Shown here piece by piece: positions 12,306 through 24,100 of a stretch of 64,000 nucleotides of DNA. This DNA is from Cenococcum geophilum (taxonomy: Eukaryota): positions 19,902,001 through 19,966,000 of the forward strand of contig CP158635.1 of assembly GCA_050273025.1 (NCBI GenBank). Reading direction: 5' to 3'. Numbering within the stretch: position 1 is the stretch's first letter; every line of letters starts with the position of its first letter. Under the pieces are notes generated by a model. The model saw only the letters and a program-made list of their open reading frames with translations. It searched no databases and was not told the DNA's origin. Position numbers and translations under genes: made by a program.

Positions 12306-13873
12306 TTCTCGCTTGCAAAAGTGTCCGGAAAAATCGGGGGCTTGGCACCCACCAAAAAAAAAGTCAAATATCGTCAATTTGACAACTACCTTAAATAGAT
12401 TAACCACGAAGCCTTTAGTAAGCCTAAATATTGTCTATAATAGAAATATATACTAATTATAGGAAGTTACAAGTCCATTTTTGCCCTTCTTTACCGCTTT
12501 TACTATGCCACCGCGGGCTCCTGCCCATATTGTTGCTAGTATTAAAGCCGACTACTTTGGTCTTATAGCAGCCAAATATATCATAATTAGGCACCCAGAG
12601 GTCTCGAAAACTACTATTTACTTACTTTTAAAGAACCTAAAAGAGCATAGAGCTGCTTATCCAAATCTACATGTAGAGCCTCAGCCATTCGGCAGACCTC
12701 GATTAATTACACCTGCTATAGAGAATAACGTCGTTAAATTGCTTATGCGTTCGCCTACTAAGTACCTTAATGAAGTACGGCACTGGATACTTATAAACCA
12801 TAATATATGGGTATCAGAATTAACTGTCTGTCGTACAATTAAGCGCAAGGAGTTTACCCGAAAGGTTACTCAACGAGTTACAAGCCAGCGCAACGAAGGA
12901 AGGCGCTTGCAGTACTATCTTAATTTAGCAGCTTTTACTAAGGACCAGCTGGTATATGTAGACGAGAGCGCCGCAAACAAAAGGACCTTATTAAGGAAGT
13001 ACGGCTTTGCACCAAGAGGCCTACCAGCAATCGACATACAGCTACTCAGGCGTAGCACCCACTAGAGCATACTACCAGCGCTTACTATCACGGGCTACCT
13101 TAATGGGACGCTTATTATTCAAGGCTCAGTTACCGGTGACATCTTCCTACGGTGGCTTAGGGAGGTAATTCTTCCTCAGTGCACACCTTTTCCAGGGCCC
13201 CGATCAGTTATAGTAATGGATAACTGCCGTACGCATCACGTCGCGGTAAGCATAGATTTAGTCTCTATAGAGCTTTACCTAATTATACTTAGGGCATCCT
13301 TAAAGCTTATAATGAGTTTAAGGTCCTTCTTCTATACCTCCCCCCCTACTCACCCGACTATAACCCAATTAAGCCATCTTTCCACTTATTAAAGCAGTGG
13401 CAACGCCGCCATGCCTCTATATCACCTATATATGGAGAGGATCAATATACAGAGAAGTTTAAAGCCTTCTTATTTGCATCAGTAAGGGAGTTCGGCCATG
13501 GAGTTGATTGGCGGGCACTCTTTCGGCGGGCAGGTATTCGTGTAGATGAGAATTAGGTGCGCAGTAGAGCTTTTATAATATGGGTTATATTAGGAAGCTA
13601 TTTAGTAGTAATATAGGGTATAATATTAGGTGGGCTACTGGGGAGGACCTAATCGGCCAAAGGCTTTACTACCTTCTGTACTGACGCTTTACCCTTGTTT
13701 TAATGCTTAAATATTTAAGCTTTAGGCTTATTTAAGGCCTATAATACTTTACTAGAGCGTAATATACGCATAGTAGCTTATTCTAGGTGGTAAGCTTTAA
13801 ATTTGTCGCATTTGACTTTTTTTTTGGGGGGCGCCAAGCCCCCGATTTTTCCGGACACTTCTGCAAGCGAGAA
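12306..13873 (+). mobile_element. Tc1/mariner-superfamily DNA transposon (1568 bp), DD34E type
   Basis: Imperfect terminal inverted repeats of ~75 bp (TTCTCGCTTGCA.AAGTGTCCGGAAAAATCGGGGGCTTGGC...), flanked by TA on both sides (12304-05, 13874-75). Removing the element and one TA restores the host gag frame (DKIKA*LVGKELLK). Confidence 0.95.
12505..13556 (+). pseudogene. Tc1-like DD34E transposase, 2 exons (12505-13245, 13293-13556), RIP-inactivated
   Basis: ATG at 12505, HTH region with GRPR, YVDES, VIVMDNCRTHH and LPPYSPDYNPI(K<E). Premature TAG at 13063-65 (probably TGG). GT..AG intron at 13246-13292. Confidence 0.85.
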
Positions 13874-16412
13874 TAACTATGCTTTAATTTTATCTAAAAT
13901 AGCTTAACGGAGAGCAGTAACTTTAGCGGCTTTATTCTAATCCAGTTTACTAATAAGGCCTAAAAATTCTAAAAAGAAGCTAGTAAAGTCTCGGTTCCGT
14001 TATTATAGGTTTTTAAGTTTAGTAATAGCTGTATATTTACGGCTAGCGTTATTATACGTTTATTCTAGCAGAGAGATAAAGATTTTAAAATTAATAAAGG
14101 TGCTATTGCGGAAGAATGGGTCTATAGTTTATATAGCGTCTTTACTTAAATAAGACATTCCATAGCTAATCTTGCTAGCTTTAGTAGGGTATTAGTTATA
14201 GTTTATTAAAAGTTTAAGACGGAGCTTAGTTATAAAGGGACGTAGGTTATTTTAATTTCTATTAAATATTAGAGGGTTAGGGAGCTTTTTAAATTTTATA
14301 GTAGGTACTGGGTTTATTATAGGTATGGGTTAAGCTGCTATTACTAATTTAGGGTTTATATTTAACGGGTTAGGTTTATATACAGTTATTTTAATTTTAT
14401 TTATAGGTATTGCTATTAGGGTCTCTAATATAAGTACTTTAAGGTTACAGAGTTCTTTGCGGATTGCTCCTATTAATTGCTAGTACTAAGCTTCTAATAT
14501 CGCTCGCTATTGGGCTAAAGCATCCATAAAGGACTGTTGTATTATAGTTAACTATTCCCTAACTAGGGCTATAATGCTTATAGTTAACGCGGAGGGTTTA
14601 AGTTTGTTTGCTATTTTAATTGTAGTTATTTTAACGTAACGTAATATAAGGGCGCGAAGAGACTTTAGGGAAGATTTAAAGGAATAATATAAATTCTATC
14701 TAAATCTAAGGGTATATAGCTCTCGCTAAGAATAAGACGTTATATAAAGAAGAGAAGGGAATAATAAGAGAATTATATAATTAAATAGTTAGGGGCTTAG
14801 TGGTTAATGCGTGCGTATATATATACGCGGTTTTTAACGGACTTTAGTAGAATTTAATTAATCTAGCAGAATTTGGCAGATGTCAATTAAGCTAGTAGAA
14901 TTTGGTAGAATTTGGTTAAAGCGTCGGAATTTATCTGTTAAGTGTTTCACTAAGACATTCCTACTATAACTGGGCTAGTCCTGTTACACTCCTATACTTC
15001 CAGCTTATACTACCCTACTTATTATCCCCTATTACCGCTATAAAACCTAATATAATATTTACGCTTACTTACTAAAATTTAAGATTAGTAGAGTTAGCAC
15101 GTTATATTTCCCGTTATTTTATTATATAGGAAACTGTATTAGGAAATAGAGGCTTCCTTTATAGGTAAGGCGCCCTTACTTATTAACCCCGGTTAAGCTA
15201 AGACTACCCCTTAACCTTAACTATAAAAGGCCATTTCTCTTACTACTTTTCCTCTTATCCTCTATCTTTCCTTTCTTCTAACGCTGTACCTCCTCCTTTT
15301 CTTACTACTAATCCCTAGTATAGTTGTATTAAGGCATTTCTGCCGTCCCCTTAGCGCTAATACGTATATAAGTCCAGCCCGCTTATTGCTTTATTCCCCT
15401 ATATTTTAGACTAATAATTAATATAGTTAACTACGGCCTTTCTAATGGGCGAGTTTCTATTCTATAGTGATATATAGATGGTCTTAGCCTCTTCTCCTAA
15501 TTCCCGCCTCTAGAGCCAATAGCTTTAATTTTTATTAAGCTCTTTTAGCGCCGCCACTGTTTACTAAGCGCGTCTATATCCTTATAATTCTATTCTCTCT
15601 CTTATATATACCCTTTCTCCTTTCGCCTTTTAGATAATACTGGTCCGCAACCATCCCATAAAAAGGGGGTTAGGGGAATTCCGTAGTTACCAGCCGCGTT
15701 AGCACTATTATTTTATTTAACTCTGCCACATATCTCCTTCTAAGGTAGGGAGGGATAGGCGTATCGTATTGCCCCCCTTAAGGGCTTAAGCGAGCTTACG
15801 TTATACTTATTTTAGCTAACCTACGCGCTATTTTCTTACCTAGGATATACTGTTAGTTAGATGGCCTGCTTTAGCGTTTGCCAATAGCTAAAGCTACCTA
15901 TATTATAACTGGTATGCCTACTAGGCTACCCAGTAGGAAAGTAGCTAGACGTTGCTAATTTAAGCGACTACCCTATACGGGGCTATATTAGGCATTATTT
16001 AAACGGATATTATATAGAGCGTCGCCTAGGTAGCTATATATGCCTACTTAGTAGTATAGTTATATTACTACAGATGTTTTAGAGACGCTATTTAATCTAC
16101 TAGTTTAGGGCTAAGGGGCTATTAGCTCTGCCTAACTACTTAACGGTAAAGCGGTAAAGAATTGACGATCTGGCCTTCTAAGCCATAGGGCTATAGTAGG
16201 AACCACCTAGATTAAAATTAGAAGGTTATAGCTTTTGGGCGTATAATAGATTAGCGGCACTATAGCACGACTATAAAGGAATCTCTAATACCAGCTAGCC
16301 ATATTAGGAGGGCGAGCATTATATAGTACCTTATATAGCACCCTATGCAGTCCTTTACCCAGCGCATTTATGTATCTATATATAATTACCGTGCGAGCGG
16401 CAGGCGTATCTA

Positions 16413-16790
16413 TGTTACGGAGTAAGTATAAGCGACGATAATATATAACGAGTAGATATTATTAAGCTATGTATATAAACTATATAATAAAGTTAAGACG
16501 TTACGTAAGGAAAGAAGGTAGGAAAACGGGAAGAAAGGGTATATATTGTGGACTTAGTTACTTAGTTAATACATATATAAAGCAGAATAGGATTTAGGTG
16601 GTAGTCTTAGCGGAACTTAATAGGATTTAGTAAAACTTAGTAGAACTTAATAGAACTTAGTAGAATATAGCAGAATACGGCAGATTGCTGTTAGATTACG
16701 GCAAGTTGCGGTTTTATAGTCGGTCTCTAGTTACTAAGTTAGTAAAAATAGGTAGACGTATATAAAGTGTTATAGGGAAGTCCCGTAACA
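16413..16790 (-). repeat. gypsy 3' LTR (378 bp)
   Basis: Direct repeat of 29989-30366. Confidence 0.93.
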
Positions 16791-19700
16791 GTACCCCCCC
16801 TTTAAACTTAAGCTTCTACGAGATGGGGCTATGGTAGTTCTAGGTGGAGTTTATAAAAGTCTTCTACGGCTTATATAAGTTCTATAGAGTTAACAGGTTC
16901 CTATAAGGGTTTAGTAAAGCCTCTCTATTTTATAAGGTATATATATTAGCGTTTCCTTTTATTATACTTAATGTTATTAATTCTTTTAATAAAGTACTCG
17001 TTCTTACTATCTACTTTAACTAGTAGAGGGGGGTCCTAAATCTGTCCGGGCAGGGCGTCTAATACGGGGGCAGCAGGGCGAAGGACTGATGTATAAAATA
17101 TAGGGTAGATTTTAACCGTATTAGGAAGCTTTAATTAGTATGCATAAAAGGAGACAACCTTCTTAACCTTATAAGGGCCAGCGTTCTTCTAATTAAGTTT
17201 TTTAGCAGGTTGTTTCGCGTTTAGATTTCTTATATCTAGCTAGATAAAGTTACTAGTCTGGTAGGTCGGTGCTAGGGTTCTGTTTTTATTTACTACGGCT
17301 TTCTAGACAGATTGGGCCCATATTATCTCATTAGTAAGAAACTATTATAGTTCCTCTATCTTTTCTATAAATTCGTTTACTTCTATAACTTATAAGGCGT
17401 AATAAGTGGAGTAAGGAACATTACTAAAGGGTTTAAAACCTATTTATAGATGCTAACTATAGTTGGCTAGGAACGGGAAGACCTTTATAGTTTCTGAGAC
17501 GGAATTATTTATAGTAAATTTAGTAAATATAAGCTAGTCAATCTAGTTATCCTGTAAGTATAACGTGTATATTTAAATATACTATTCCATTATAGCATTT
17601 ACACGTTCCGTTTAGCCGTCCGTTTCCGGGTAGTATACAGTAGATAGTAGTGCTTTAATGTAGAGTTAGGTAGTTAGTTTTTTCTAAAATACAGAGACAA
17701 ACTAGCTGCCTCTATTAGAGATAATTGTTTTGGGAAGTCCGTAAAGTTTTTATACGTGGTCTAGGAATAATTAGGCGACGGCAGGTGTTAACATATTAAG
17801 GTAGGCGATTAAGTGTCTTATCTTAGATAGTCGGTTTATAACTACTATAATATTTATATAGCCTTTACTTACAGGGAGGTCAACGATAAAGTTAATTAAG
17901 ATATCCTTCTATCTTTAGTCCGGAATAGGCAGTAGCTTAAGAAGGCCGTTATATATCTTATACGAAGCTTTAGCTCGTCGGCAGATATAGCAGCTAGATA
18001 TATATCTTTATATTATATTATATATATTTAGCTAGTAGTACTCCCGTTAGAGTAGATCTAAGGTCTTCCCTTAGCCTAGGTGGCCGGCTACTAGTAAATT
18101 GTATACATGTTTAAGGAGCTTAAGCTTAAGTTCATTATAGTTGGGTATAACTAGGCGGTTCTAGTAGTATAAGCGGTTTCTATAAGCTTCGTATTTACTT
18201 AGAGAAATCTTTTTAGAGCGTCTAATGCCGTCTTATATTAGCTTAAGCGTCTCTTAGATAAACTCGTTATTTAAATATTTATTAATTATAATCTGTTTAA
18301 TTGGTCAATCGGTTATTTTAAGGACGTGCACTGTAAGGTCTTTAGTAGGAGGGTTAAATAGTTTGCGATAAAGCAGGGTTTAATTTCGGTAAGAGCGCGC
18401 TTCTTTTAATGCCGGCGCGTCTTATAAGCGTTAGGTTAGGGTATTAGGCTTCTAGCCTTAAATGCCTAGGCGGTATATAATTAAGAATTAAAAATAGGAT
18501 AGGTATTCTAACCAGCGGGCCTAATAGTAGCTTAGCTATTTTATAGTTATAAAGTACTATAGGTTTTTATAGTTGCTAAGGATCTTAATTAGAAATCTAG
18601 CGCCTTCTAGTTTAGGTTGCTATTGTTTAAAATATCTAATAATAGCTAGTAATTCTTTATTGTAGATCTTATAGTTATATTTAGCTAGGCTTAGTTATTT
18701 CGAGAAGTATACTATAGGGTGTAATACTCTATCCTCGTTATATTAAGACAGGATGCCTCTAGTAACGTAGTTGGATAAGTCGGCTTCTATAACACTTATT
18801 TAGTTTAGGTTAAAGTATTAGAGCACTAGCGCAGTAGTAAATATAACCTTTAGATAGGTAAAGGCCTTCTTATATTCCTTGTTAAAGATAAAGGCTTTAT
18901 CCTTTTAGGTTAAGACTATAAGGGGTAAAATTAGGGCGGAGAAGTTAATAATAAACTGTTAGTAGAAATTAGCAAATCCTATAAAGGCTCTTACGTCCTT
19001 AACGTTCTTAGGTTCTTGCTAGTTTATAATTACTTTAACTTTCTTTAAGTCCATTTGTATGTCGTTTATAGAGATAAAAAGTCCAAGGTATAGGACTTCT
19101 ATTTTATAGAACTTGTATTTATCTACGTTTAGTTATAGACTAGCTCCATGCAAGGCTTATAGGATAAAGTTAACGTATTTTTAGTATTTGTTTAGGTTGT
19201 TACTATATATTAAGATATTGTTAATATAAGCGGTATAGAAGATGTCTAGGTAGAGACGTAGGGTATTATTTATATAATGTTGGAACGAGCTTGGGGTATT
19301 TACGAGGCTAAATGGCGTTACTAAGTATTTAAATCATCTATACCGAGTACGAAATGCAGTAAGCTATTTATCTCCTTTTGCTATACGGAGACGGTTAAAT
19401 ATAGAGATAATATTAAGCTTTATATAGTAGCGAGCCTTACTTAGTCGGTTTAGCGTCTCTTATATTAACGGGACTGGATATTAGTTCTTAATGGTAATGG
19501 CATTAAGAGCTTAGTAGTCTATATAAAAGCGAAGACCACCGCCGGGTTTCTTAATAAAGATCACTGGTGCGGCTATAGGCGATAAGCTTGCTCTAATAAA
19601 TCCTTTACTTAGGTTCTCTTCTAAATACTTTTATAGTACTTAGAGTTTATTTTAGGATATCCCGTATAGGGGTCTAAATCTAGGCTGCTTTCCTTCTTTA

Positions 19701-20753
19701 AGTATAATCTTATAGTCGTATAGTTGGTATTCTAGTAGCTTATTGGCTTCCTTTCGTAAGAATGCATCTAGGCGGTAATGATACTCTACTAGTACCTTCG
19801 TGGCAGGGTTAGTATACTTCTTTAGTGCTAAGGCCTTCTCGATATCGGCTATTGTAACAGCGAAGATTGTATACTCGGGTTTCTTGGCAAGTTGTACTAG
19901 TGGGGTAGCTCCAATTATATAGATATTTAGGGTGTTAAGCTTATTTAAATTGTCTATAGTTTCTTACGTGGCTTCCTGTTTAGCTTTAGGTTTAGTATTA
20001 GGTGCAAAGCTAGTATCAGATTTAGGTTTAGGTTTTTTAAGAATTCTTTTTATAGTAGAATACTAGTCCTTTTAGTATTTTCGTATATTAAGCTTAAGCT
20101 TCTACTTAGCTCGGGGCAGTGCAGTAGTTAAAATTGGTTTGTAGGGTTTGGTGGAATTTTTAGATTCTTAATAGATATCGGTGGAAGTCTTATATTAGTA
20201 GAATTTGGTGAAATTCCTAGGCTAGTAGAATTAGGTGGACTTCTTAGGTATAGGGTAGATTTTAGTAGATTTTTTAAATTTTAGTTCTAGGTCTAAGTAG
20301 TAAGTTATAAGGCACTTCTACTTATAGCGGGAGGTAGTAAATAGAAGCTTAAGGTTATCCTAATTGATAGTTACCTTATAAAGCTTTATTTAGGATTATC
20401 TAAAAATTACTAAGTAACCTAAGGTGGTAATAAAAAGCCTAATCAGTTCTTTATAGTTTAGGTATTAGAGTCTTAGGTATACTATATAGGTAATTTAGCC
20501 TAAGACTGTGCGTTTGCTATTAAATCCAAATACGTTAATATACTAGTTAAGGGGGGTTAGGGTAAAACTATTATCTTACGCAAAGATCTTATTAATAAAT
20601 CCTATACTACTAGCTCCTATATTAATTAGGACTTAAGTACTAGCCTATTAACTATTCTGCTAAAGACGGTAGTTAATAGTAATGCTACGGTCCTAAGAGT
20701 TAGAGTTTATAATATTTAAAGCATTTAACAAGATCCTAAGGCAGAGCTGTTCT

Positions 20754-21179
20754 TGTTACGGACGCTTTAAATATAATATTACGACTATTAGGAGAAGAGT
20801 CAGAAGAAGCTAGTTGGTTAATTTAGGCACGGTCTAGTATGGAGCTGGTAGAGCTATGTGACGAGGAATAGTAACCGAGGTCACGTGGAGTGATCTGTAT
20901 AATCTATAGGATCTATATAATCCGCGATAGAGTAAATAGAGTATACGTATATTACGTACAAGGAGGATTTTATAGGAGTATGGTTGTGTATTTAAGGACC
21001 CTTAGTCCCTACCTAGATAGTTCCTTCTTTATAGTAATTCTTAGAATATAATTAGAGTTAATCTGTTGGGCAACCACTCTACCAGTTGTTATTACTTGTC
21101 GACTATTATTACTTGCATTTCCTATACACCTAGCCCAATAACGAGCCCACCGTAGTTCTTGCTATAAGGTTCCGTTATA
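20754..21179 (+). repeat. gypsy 5' LTR (426 bp)
   Basis: Direct repeat of 28287-28712; terminal CA mutated to TA. Confidence 0.93.
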
Positions 21180-24100
21180 TAATTACTACCTAGTTACGGT
21201 ATTAATAATAGTAAGTCGGACAATATGCCACCAAAAGCAGCCACTATAACGCCATTGACGGCGGTAACTATATTAAGGTTAGGTAACGACACCAGTATAG
21301 CAGATACTAACTTATAGCAACCTATAACGGTCGGATAACTATAAGAGATAGTTAACCAGTTAACAGAAAATAATGTAACGTTGGAAAATAGGATTAACGG
21401 GATAGGCGTAGTAAAGGTTAAGTTACTATTAATTAAAAGATACTTAGGAGAGAGATCAAAGCTTAAAGAATTCCTTATATAAATGCACTTTAAGGTTACG
21501 TAAGAGGGAGCTAAGCTAGCAACACCTATAGATTAAATAGCATACGCAGGATTGTTCTTAATAGGAAGAGTACTTAAGTAGTTTAAGCCTTATTTAATAG
21601 AAATCTAGGTAAATAGAATAATAATAACGAACTAGGAGGTACGGTTTATGTTCTTAAGCTGGAATGGATTTGTTAAGCGACTTATATAAATGTTTGGAGA
21701 CCCGGAGGCAGTAACTACGGTAAAGAGAAAACTCTAAGACATTACGTAATAAACCTCAGCAATTAAGTATATAACGTAATTCTAGACGTTAGTAACGCAA
21801 GTAAAGTGGAATAATAGGGCGCTTATGGCACAGTATAAACAAGGACTTAAGGCTAAAGTCTAGGACGCGATTATCCTAATAGAAGATGCGGATACCCTAA
21901 GGGAACTAATAGATTAAGCGATAAAGATTAATAATAGGATTTACTAAAGGGAATAGGCCAAGAGAGGCTAAGATAGAGTTCTATAGTTATATAAGGTGTA
22001 AAGTACGCAATGATAAAAGCTAAGTTAAAAACTATGGTATGGCGCAGAGCTAATAGACCTAAGTAGTACTAAAGAAGCCTATAAGAGATAGAGTAAGAAC
22101 CTATAGAAACCTAGGGGATAAGGATTAAGTAATTAAAGGTTTAAGGAGTAGAGGCCGAATTAGGGATCTTAGTAGCAGAAGACATTTAGGCGGACTCTAT
22201 AGCAAGAAAAATAGTTTAAAGAAGGAGCTTGCATGAATTATAGAAAACAGGGTCATTACGTTAAAGACTGTAGAAGTGGGTAGAGTTACTATATAGTAAA
22301 AGGCACGAGACTAGCAGACGACATATACGTATAGAGGGACGACAATATGCTGTAAGGAACAAAAGAATATTTAATTAGGAGTTTTGCGTTTTGTTATAAT
22401 AACGCATGCCAAATTTATAAGGACGCTAAATATGGCGTAAGCTATTAGCTATAGGAGCCAGCACCTATAGGATATAGAGGAACTAATAAACCAGCTCGCA
22501 GATCGGATATTAAGGATGATAATTTTAATATAGGTAAAGCATTTTATAACAATAAGGCGACGAAAGTAGCTTATTAGGAGCGCGTAGACCTTAGAGATGT
22601 TATACTAGAGGTAGAGGATAATTCTATTATAGAATAGGGAACATTAGTAGGGATCGAAACCCTACTAGACACGATGTCTATCGCTTTGTAAGACGTAAGA
22701 GAAGTAGAACAGCGAACTACTTTAGCACTCGATAAAGGTAAAAGGCTAAAGGCTTAAGATTCTTATAGTGAGATAAAAGACAACTAAGACTCTTAAGACG
22801 AGATGAGGTAAGCTTAAGGACCTATAATGGACGATAACCGATAAAGTAGAGCAATGGCTTAGTTCAGCGATATACGAATAAGCTTAGGACGAAGTTTCCT
22901 TAAGGTATAAGACTCTTAAGATGAGATAAGTAAGATTTAAGACTCTTAAGACGAGACGAGAACACTAAGTAAGCCTAGTTAGACTAAGGTAGGGGCTAAG
23001 CTTAAGTTAGAAGTAAGCTTAGGATTAACGAATCTAAAGGGATAAGAATTCGGAGTACGAATTAGGACACCTATAGGTAAGAGGTAAGGAGCTTCTTTAT
23101 AGATTAGAGAATCTGCAGCATAAATAGTAATTAGACTGGGAGACAAATATATAGACTTAGAGGACTTACTAGTAGAATATAGTATTCGGATTAAAGATCG
23201 AAAAGTTAATACTAAGATTAAGAAGTATAAAGACTTTAAGGATCTAAGCATAAGGCGCAAACTAAAAGAAACTATAGAAGAATTTAGGTAAAGAATTATT
23301 GTATGGCAAGAATAGAAACTAGATAAAAGATCTAGTATATTAGGACGTATAAGGGACAGAGCGCTAGTACAAAGAATCACTAATAGGCCTAGGGTAGGCA
23401 CACTAAGAGCTAAGTGGCTTATTGAACTAGAAGATAAGGAGGATCTAGGGATTCTAACTAGGTTCGAAGAATAATACATAAAAGGCTGTTATAACGCAGT
23501 AATAAGAAGATACTTCCTTACGGACAAGCCGTATATACTCTAGCAGCTATACTAAAAGTGGTATAGGCAAAGGCATAACGATAAGTAAAAAGATTTCTAT
23601 ATATAGTTAGATGAGAGAGTTATTTAGGACCACCTAATTATAGAGAAGGCTATAAATTATATTAAAGGAGCCTTAATTATAATGTTAAAGGATCTAGAGG
23701 AGCGTTTAGAGGACTAGAGAAGCAAAAGGCGTATCTTAGTGCCTATAAATAAAGTTATAATGTTTAGATTAGTATAATAAAGGTTTAAACTTAGGAATAA
23801 AGACGAGCTAAGAGTTAACCTAAAGCACCTAGTACACCACACGTTATTATAGATTGCGTATATAGACGATATGTGCGAAATGTATAAGAATCCAAAAGAA
23901 AAGAATCGGAAATACCCTATAAGGATATACTGGATAACGGATAAGCGGTAGTATAGGAATGCTAAATATATATATAGATGGTATCTAGCAGAAGTCTAAA
24001 AGAAAGGAAGCTTAGTACTTTAACTAGAAAGATTCCTTACGGAAAAATGCTTAAACGAATAATAGTGGTGGGAATGCCTAAAGAATACGTATCTATAGTA

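Larger units (their letters stand above)
10513..14988 (-). mobile_element. Ty3/gypsy LTR retrotransposon, 5' half only (LTR, gag, protease, N-half of RT), cut just after the RT YIDD motif by the LINE
   Basis: Minus strand reads NGPSTF*QYVNNTL...AYI(D)(D)ILIY at ~10520-10615, a protease-like I(D)SGATS at ~11690-11715, and a gag-like region at 11900-14600. Putative single LTR ~14645-14988 ending TGTTACA, with internal 10-bp repeats. Confidence 0.8.

Noticed and set aside
22979..23479. ORFs 22979-23479, 39133-39725, 41603-41806 and 42347-42550 as genes
   Set aside because: They are antisense shadows of RIP-mutated gag/pol, without independent motif or splice evidence.
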